Positions 59,511 to 64,000 of a stretch of DNA of 64,000 nucleotides are shown in pieces (positions within the stretch are counted from its first letter, which is position 1; every line of letters starts with the position of its first letter). Position numbers and translations under genes: made by a program. Location: assembly GCA_965261545.1 (NCBI GenBank), contig CBDHDF010000010.1:832001-896000 (forward strand), read 5' to 3'. This DNA comes from Bdellovibrionales bacterium (GTDB taxonomy: Bacteria > Bdellovibrionota > Bdellovibrionia > Bdellovibrionales > UBA1609). The notes under the pieces were generated by a model. The model was not told where the DNA came from, did not search any database, and saw nothing but the letters and a program-made list of their open reading frames with translations.

Positions 59511-59743
59511 ATAACTAAACTTAAACTCTCATATACAAGAAGTCATCAGAGGACAGCAGAAGTCAGCAGAGAATAATGCATAGAGCCAAGTTCCGTGGCG
59601 ACTCCCCGGCCCTACTCTGGGCTGGGCTGGACCATAATTGGGGAGCTTCAAAAGGAAGGATTGATCCATTAGGTCACTTGGCCTGGGTTGATTGTCTTCC
59701 CTGAGAAGCTTGAGAAATATAAGAAAAACCCTCCGGAGTGCTG

Positions 59744-59798
59744 TTGACCGTAAATATCCTAGTGTATACGTTGGGCAAAGTTTGGATTATATCCAAAC
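59744..59798 (+). promoter_or_regulatory. Putative sigma70 promoter plus palindromic operator upstream of the TonB-dependent receptor
   Basis: TTGACC-N17-TACGTT, then GTTTGGAT-TAT-ATCCAAAC (59780-59798). Confidence 0.5.
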
Positions 59799-59850
59799 TC
59801 AATATTGAGAACGGCTTCTGTCGCTAACTTCGCAAGAACTAAGGATAAAC

Positions 59851-62049
59851 ATGAAAATTTTATCTGGCATCGCTTTGTTTTTTATCCTGTGTTCAGCACT
59901 GGCTCGGGAGGGAATTGAAACCATCACGGTGACGGCGAGTAAGGAAAAACGTCTGGCTTCCGAGGTTCCCTTGTCTCTGTCCGTTTTGCAAGATGATAGA
60001 CTCAATCAATTGCGTTCTTCAGGTATGGATGTTCGCTTTATGACAAACAGGGTGCCTAGCTTGCAGGCATCGTCAGGTTTTGGGCGGGTCTATCCCTACT
60101 TTTTTATTCGAGGTTTGGGCAACACGGACTTTGACATGAATGCCTCCCAGCCTGTGTCCATTATCCATGATGGCATTGTACTGGAAAATCCTTGGCTGAA
60201 GGGAACTCCAATCTTTGATGTCGAACGCATTGAAGTTTTACGCGGTCCCCAAGGAACTTTGTTTGGTCGCAATACTCCGGCAGGTATTATAAAAGTTGAG
60301 ACGGCTCGCCCGACTTGGGATTTTGAGGGGTATGGCCGGCTCTCCTATGGTCGTTTTGGTAGCGTGAATTTTGAAGGTGTTTTATCGGAGGCGTTGATTC
60401 CATCAGTCTTGGCAGGCCGGATTTCTGTATTAACGGAACATCGTAAAGGATGGATTGACAACATCTATACGGGAGAAGAGGGCGCTCTGGGTGGTTATCG
60501 CGACTTTAATAATCGTGTTCAACTCTTGTGGACACCCTCGGAAAGTCTCTCTGGCCGGTTTAAGTATCATCACCGTAATCTTGATAGCAGTGCTCGGGCT
60601 TTTCACGCCAATGCCTTGTTACCTGCGCAACCGGGACGGTTGCGCCCGAGTTTTCGGCGCGATCAAATCTCCCACGATGGGAAAAACTCGCAAGACTTGT
60701 CCAATAATGGATTTTCTGCGGAGTTGACCCATGACTCCGGAGCGATTAAATTCATCTCTCTGACAGGATGGGAACGACTGAAGGGCTTGTCCCGGGGTGA
60801 TGTGGACGGGGGCTTTGGTGCCTCTTTCAACCTTCCCTCAGGGCCCGCTGGGGAAATCCCTTTTCCTTCAGAGACAGCCGATGGAATCTCGGCCCTGCGC
60901 CAACTTAGCCAAGAGTTTCGTTTGGAACACAAAATTTCAAAGAGCTTCGGTTGGCGAATCGGTGCCTTTTATTTTAATGAAAAGCTGAAGACGGATGGCT
61001 TTAGCTACGATACATTCAACGAGAACATTCAAAACGGACTCATCCGTCAAAAGCAGCAGACGAGAGCCTGGGCTTTGTTTGCGGCAACTACCTTTGATAT
61101 GACCGACAAGGTGAAAACCTCCGCAGGACTACGCATTTCTAAAGATAGCAAAGACTACAGTACTGAGCGCCTGCAATCTCCCATAGGGACCGGACCGCTC
61201 GGCCCATTGCACAAGGCACCCAAGGATACAGTGCCAAGTTGGGATGCTAGCATCCACTATCGAATGTCTCCAGGGATTTCGCCTTACGCTCGAGTTGCCA
61301 GTAGTTTTCGGGCCCCGAGTATTCAGGGGCGCTTACTATTCGGCAATGATGTCACCGTAGCCGAGACTGAAAAAATTATTTCCGTTGAAAGTGGTGTAAA
61401 GTTGCGTTTGTGGGATCAGCGTCTCCACTTGGATTTGGCGGCCTATCATTTTTTGATGAATGACCAACAATTGACGGCGGGTTCGGGAACGAACAATGCC
61501 AATCGTTTGGTCAATGCCGAACGAACTATTGGACGGGGAATCGAGGCGGAGGGGGCTTTGGCCTTGGATTACGGTTTTGACCTGAGTTTTGGTTTAAGCT
61601 ACAACTATACTCGTCTCGATGATCCAGGTTTTTTTATTCAACCTTGTGGTTCCAATTGTACAGTTTTGGATCCTCCGGGTTCCGCTTCCGAAACGGTTTC
61701 CATTCACGGCAATAGCTTGCCCCATGCGCCCCGCTGGATGGCCAACTTCAATTTGAGCCATACCCATAATTTTTCCAGCGGAGCGAAGTTGATTTTGTCA
61801 ACGGATTGGATTTATCGCAGTCGTATCAACTTTTTTCTCTATGAATCCCGAGAGTTTGGTGATACCAGCTTGCTTGAGGGTGGAATCCGTTTGGGGTGGC
61901 ATTCTCCAACGGATCGCTGGGAAGTGGCGGCCTTCGGACGCAATATTCTCAATAATCTCTCGCCCACGGGTGGTGTAGATTTTAATAATCTAACCGCTTT
62001 CGTCAATGAGCCGCCTTTTTGGGGCTTGCAGGCGCTGATGCGTTTTTAA
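59851..62049 (+). CDS. TonB-dependent receptor
   Basis: Signal peptide; TonB box ETITVTA; ERIEVLRGPQGTLFGRN; C-terminal Phe. Confidence 0.95.
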   Translation: MKILSGIALFFILCSALAREGIETITVTASKEKRLASEVPLSLSVLQDDRLNQLRSSGMDVRFMTNRVPSLQASSGFGRVYPYFFIRGLGNTDFDMNASQPVSIIHDGIVLENPWLKGTPIFDVERIEVLRGPQGTLFGRNTPAGIIKVETARPTWDFEGYGRLSYGRFGSVNFEGVLSEALIPSVLAGRISVLTEHRKGWIDNIYTGEEGALGGYRDFNNRVQLLWTPSESLSGRFKYHHRNLDSSARAFHANALLPAQPGRLRPSFRRDQISHDGKNSQDLSNNGFSAELTHDSGAIKFISLTGWERLKGLSRGDVDGGFGASFNLPSGPAGEIPFPSETADGISALRQLSQEFRLEHKISKSFGWRIGAFYFNEKLKTDGFSYDTFNENIQNGLIRQKQQTRAWALFAATTFDMTDKVKTSAGLRISKDSKDYSTERLQSPIGTGPLGPLHKAPKDTVPSWDASIHYRMSPGISPYARVASSFRAPSIQGRLLFGNDVTVAETEKIISVESGVKLRLWDQRLHLDLAAYHFLMNDQQLTAGSGTNNANRLVNAERTIGRGIEAEGALALDYGFDLSFGLSYNYTRLDDPGFFIQPCGSNCTVLDPPGSASETVSIHGNSLPHAPRWMANFNLSHTHNFSSGAKLILSTDWIYRSRINFFLYESREFGDTSLLEGGIRLGWHSPTDRWEVAAFGRNILNNLSPTGGVDFNNLTAFVNEPPFWGLQALMRF

Positions 62050-62098
62050 CTCCATCGTCGAGGACAACCCCAACAAAATAAGTAAGGAGAGGACACCT

Positions 62099-63247
62099 AT
62101 GTCTCACTTAGCACTGACTCAATTTTCTGAAGATGAAAACGCATTTCGCAAGGCGGTTCGTTCATTTTCGGAAGGAGAGGTGAAACCCTTGGTTGGCAAA
62201 ATGGATCATGAGGCTCAAATGGACTCCTCTTTGATTCGACAGCTCTTTGAAATGGGACTGATGGGCATTGAGTCTCCTGAGAGGTTTGGGGGAACTGAGG
62301 GAAGCTTTACCATGGCCTGCATTGCCATTGAGGAATTGGCTCGCATTGATGCTTCTGTGAGTGTCTTGGTGGATGTTCAAAATACTTTGGTCACCAATGC
62401 CTTTTTGAAATGGGCTAACGACCCCATGAAAGAAAAGTACCTTCCCCAATTGTCCCAAGAAAAGGTGGGAGCCTACGCCTTGAGTGAAAGTGGAAGCGGC
62501 TCAGACGCCTTTGCTCTCAAACTCAAATGCGAAGACCAAGGAGAGCACTATCTCCTCAATGGACATAAGCTCTGGATCACCAATGGCAATGAGGCTGAAA
62601 TCTTTATTTGCTTTGCCAATGCGGACCCCAGTCAAGGCTATAAAGGAATTACAGGTCTTATTGTTGAAAAGGAATATCTAGGTTTTTCTGTGGGAAAAAA
62701 AGAAGAAAAGTTGGGAATTAAGGCCAGCTCCACCTGCGAACTGATCTTTGAAAACTGCCAGGTCCCCAAGGAAAACGTCATTGGGGAGGTGGGCAAAGGT
62801 TATAAGATTGCCATTGAAACTCTCAATGAGGGGCGTATTGGCATTGGAGCACAAATGCTAGGCATTGCCCAGGGTGCCTATGAAGCCACGCTTAAATATA
62901 TCAAAGGACGCGAGCAGTTTGGAAAAAGCATTAGCCAATTTCAGGGGGTGCAGTTTCAACTGGCAGAAATGCGAACCGAACTGGAGGCCACTCGTTTAAT
63001 GGTCTACAATGCTGCGAGGCTTAAAGATGCCGGAAAATCCTTTGTTCACCAAGCAGCCATGGCCAAACTTTATGCCTCCCGCGCTGCCGAAAAAATCTCG
63101 TCCATGGCTGTGGACCTTTTTGGTGGCAACGGCTTTACCACAGAGTATCCCGTGGAAAAATTCTTTAGAGATGCCAAAATTGGCCAAATTTACGAGGGAA
63201 CCTCCAATATGCAGCTGCAAACCATTGCCAAAAATGAATTGAAGTAA
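62099..63247 (+). CDS. Acyl-CoA dehydrogenase (short/branched-chain type)
   Basis: YALSE..SGSDA, KLWITN, KLGI.ASST, LNEGRIG, QIYEGT. Confidence 0.95.
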   Translation: MSHLALTQFSEDENAFRKAVRSFSEGEVKPLVGKMDHEAQMDSSLIRQLFEMGLMGIESPERFGGTEGSFTMACIAIEELARIDASVSVLVDVQNTLVTNAFLKWANDPMKEKYLPQLSQEKVGAYALSESGSGSDAFALKLKCEDQGEHYLLNGHKLWITNGNEAEIFICFANADPSQGYKGITGLIVEKEYLGFSVGKKEEKLGIKASSTCELIFENCQVPKENVIGEVGKGYKIAIETLNEGRIGIGAQMLGIAQGAYEATLKYIKGREQFGKSISQFQGVQFQLAEMRTELEATRLMVYNAARLKDAGKSFVHQAAMAKLYASRAAEKISSMAVDLFGGNGFTTEYPVEKFFRDAKIGQIYEGTSNMQLQTIAKNELK

Positions 63248-63260
63248 TGTGGAATGTGGG

Positions 63261-64000
63261 TTAAAAAATCTTTTCTAAAGTCACTTTCCTATTGGCATCA
63301 AGGTAGGCATTTTTCATAGTCGTCGTGGATATGGAAACAAGAGAAGAAGAAAGTGGCGCCGTGTTGGTGATAGCTTTAACATGGTTGGAACGAAGACCAC
63401 CGAGATACCAACGGCTGTCCTCCATGTAAATCATGTCTCCGTTTCTTGCACTGAGTTCGTCCATGATTTCTTGAGATAAGGCAATTTGGTCTCCCTCAAG
63501 ACTTTCATCTATTTGGAAGGCAAGCTTACGAACCTTCTTCCCAATGCTATGATTGGGTTTGCCTCCTTTGTAAATTTCCATGGCGTGATCAAGGGTATCC
63601 ACTGTAAGCCCTTTTATTTTTTCTTTATCGTCGGGACGCGTGAGAAATGTCACAATAACTCCAATAATGGCCGTGACTATCATCCCAAATAAAGCTCGTA
63701 TATAAATCATTTTACTGTTCACAGGGCCAAGAATAAATTCCGAAAGATCTTGGACGTACTCCAATAAGAAAATAGGACCCACCTGCCAAGCTGTTAAAAT
63801 TGTAATTATGCTGCCTGAAACCATAGCCACACAGGCCGCTTTCCCATTAAATCGCCTCCAAAACACACCCATAAGCAAAGTCGTCACAATAGAGGGTATG
63901 ATAATCATAATCCCTTTGTAGTGCAGAGACATAAGACTGTTCGTTCCAGCTTGGTTGTTAAACCAAATGACGAGCAAAAGGCCAATAAGAGTTGTAATCC
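63261..64000 (-). CDS. Sodium:solute symporter family protein, C-terminal part
   Basis: MGVFWRRFNGKAA and TM helices, then a soluble C-terminal domain; frame open to window end. Confidence 0.75.
   Translation of the reverse strand, partial: ITTLIGLLLVIWFNNQAGTNSLMSLHYKGIMIIIPSIVTTLLMGVFWRRFNGKAACVAMVSGSIITILTAWQVGPIFLLEYVQDLSEFILGPVNSKMIYIRALFGMIVTAIIGVIVTFLTRPDDKEKIKGLTVDTLDHAMEIYKGGKPNHSIGKKVRKLAFQIDESLEGDQIALSQEIMDELSARNGDMIYMEDSRWYLGGLRSNHVKAITNTAPLSSSLVSISTTTMKNAYLDANRKVTLEKIF

Noticed and set aside
59511..59850. Cobalamin riboswitch between the B12-binding gene and the TonB receptor
   Set aside because: B12-box and core GCCACTG/GGGAAG elements not found by eye; an Rfam scan would be decisive.

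Overview
Bacterial chromosomal window, most likely Bdellovibrionota. This is inferred from a TadZ/CpaE-TadA fusion followed by tadB, a Bd0109-like YD-repeat gene and a small secreted Bd0108/Hit-like ORF. About three quarters of the first 24.5 kb is insertion sequence, nested up to four deep, and most junctions can be read from terminal inverted repeats (TIR) and target-site duplications (TSD). The elements are an IS4-subgroup element ('ISa', 4 copies), a second IS4-family element ('ISb'), an ISNCY-like DDE element ('ISc', 3 copies), three IS21-family elements, one IS256 and rve-integrase remnants. queC and a ppk1-sixA-ppx operon sit between the nests. The rest is mostly housekeeping: secG, tmk, Trp 2,3-dioxygenase, sodB, fadD, bamA-skp-fabZ-lpxA-lpxB-lpxK, an IS-split Rpn nuclease, the tad/hit locus, an RluB-like synthase, dsbD, a lipase, a B12-binding mutase subunit, a TonB-dependent receptor, an acyl-CoA dehydrogenase and a partial Na+:solute symporter. 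Most notable: (1) ISb carries a membrane protein whose SEC-C zinc motif is hidden behind an A9 frameshift. (2) A ~180-bp non-coding cassette is shared by the 3' regions of two unrelated IS families. (3) The ISa transposase has a conserved N-terminal coding region with no canonical start, overlapped by a short leader ORF. (4) There is a candidate hit-locus homologue. (5) Tandem micro-duplications recur inside core genes. All family calls come from motif recognition by eye; no database search was run.
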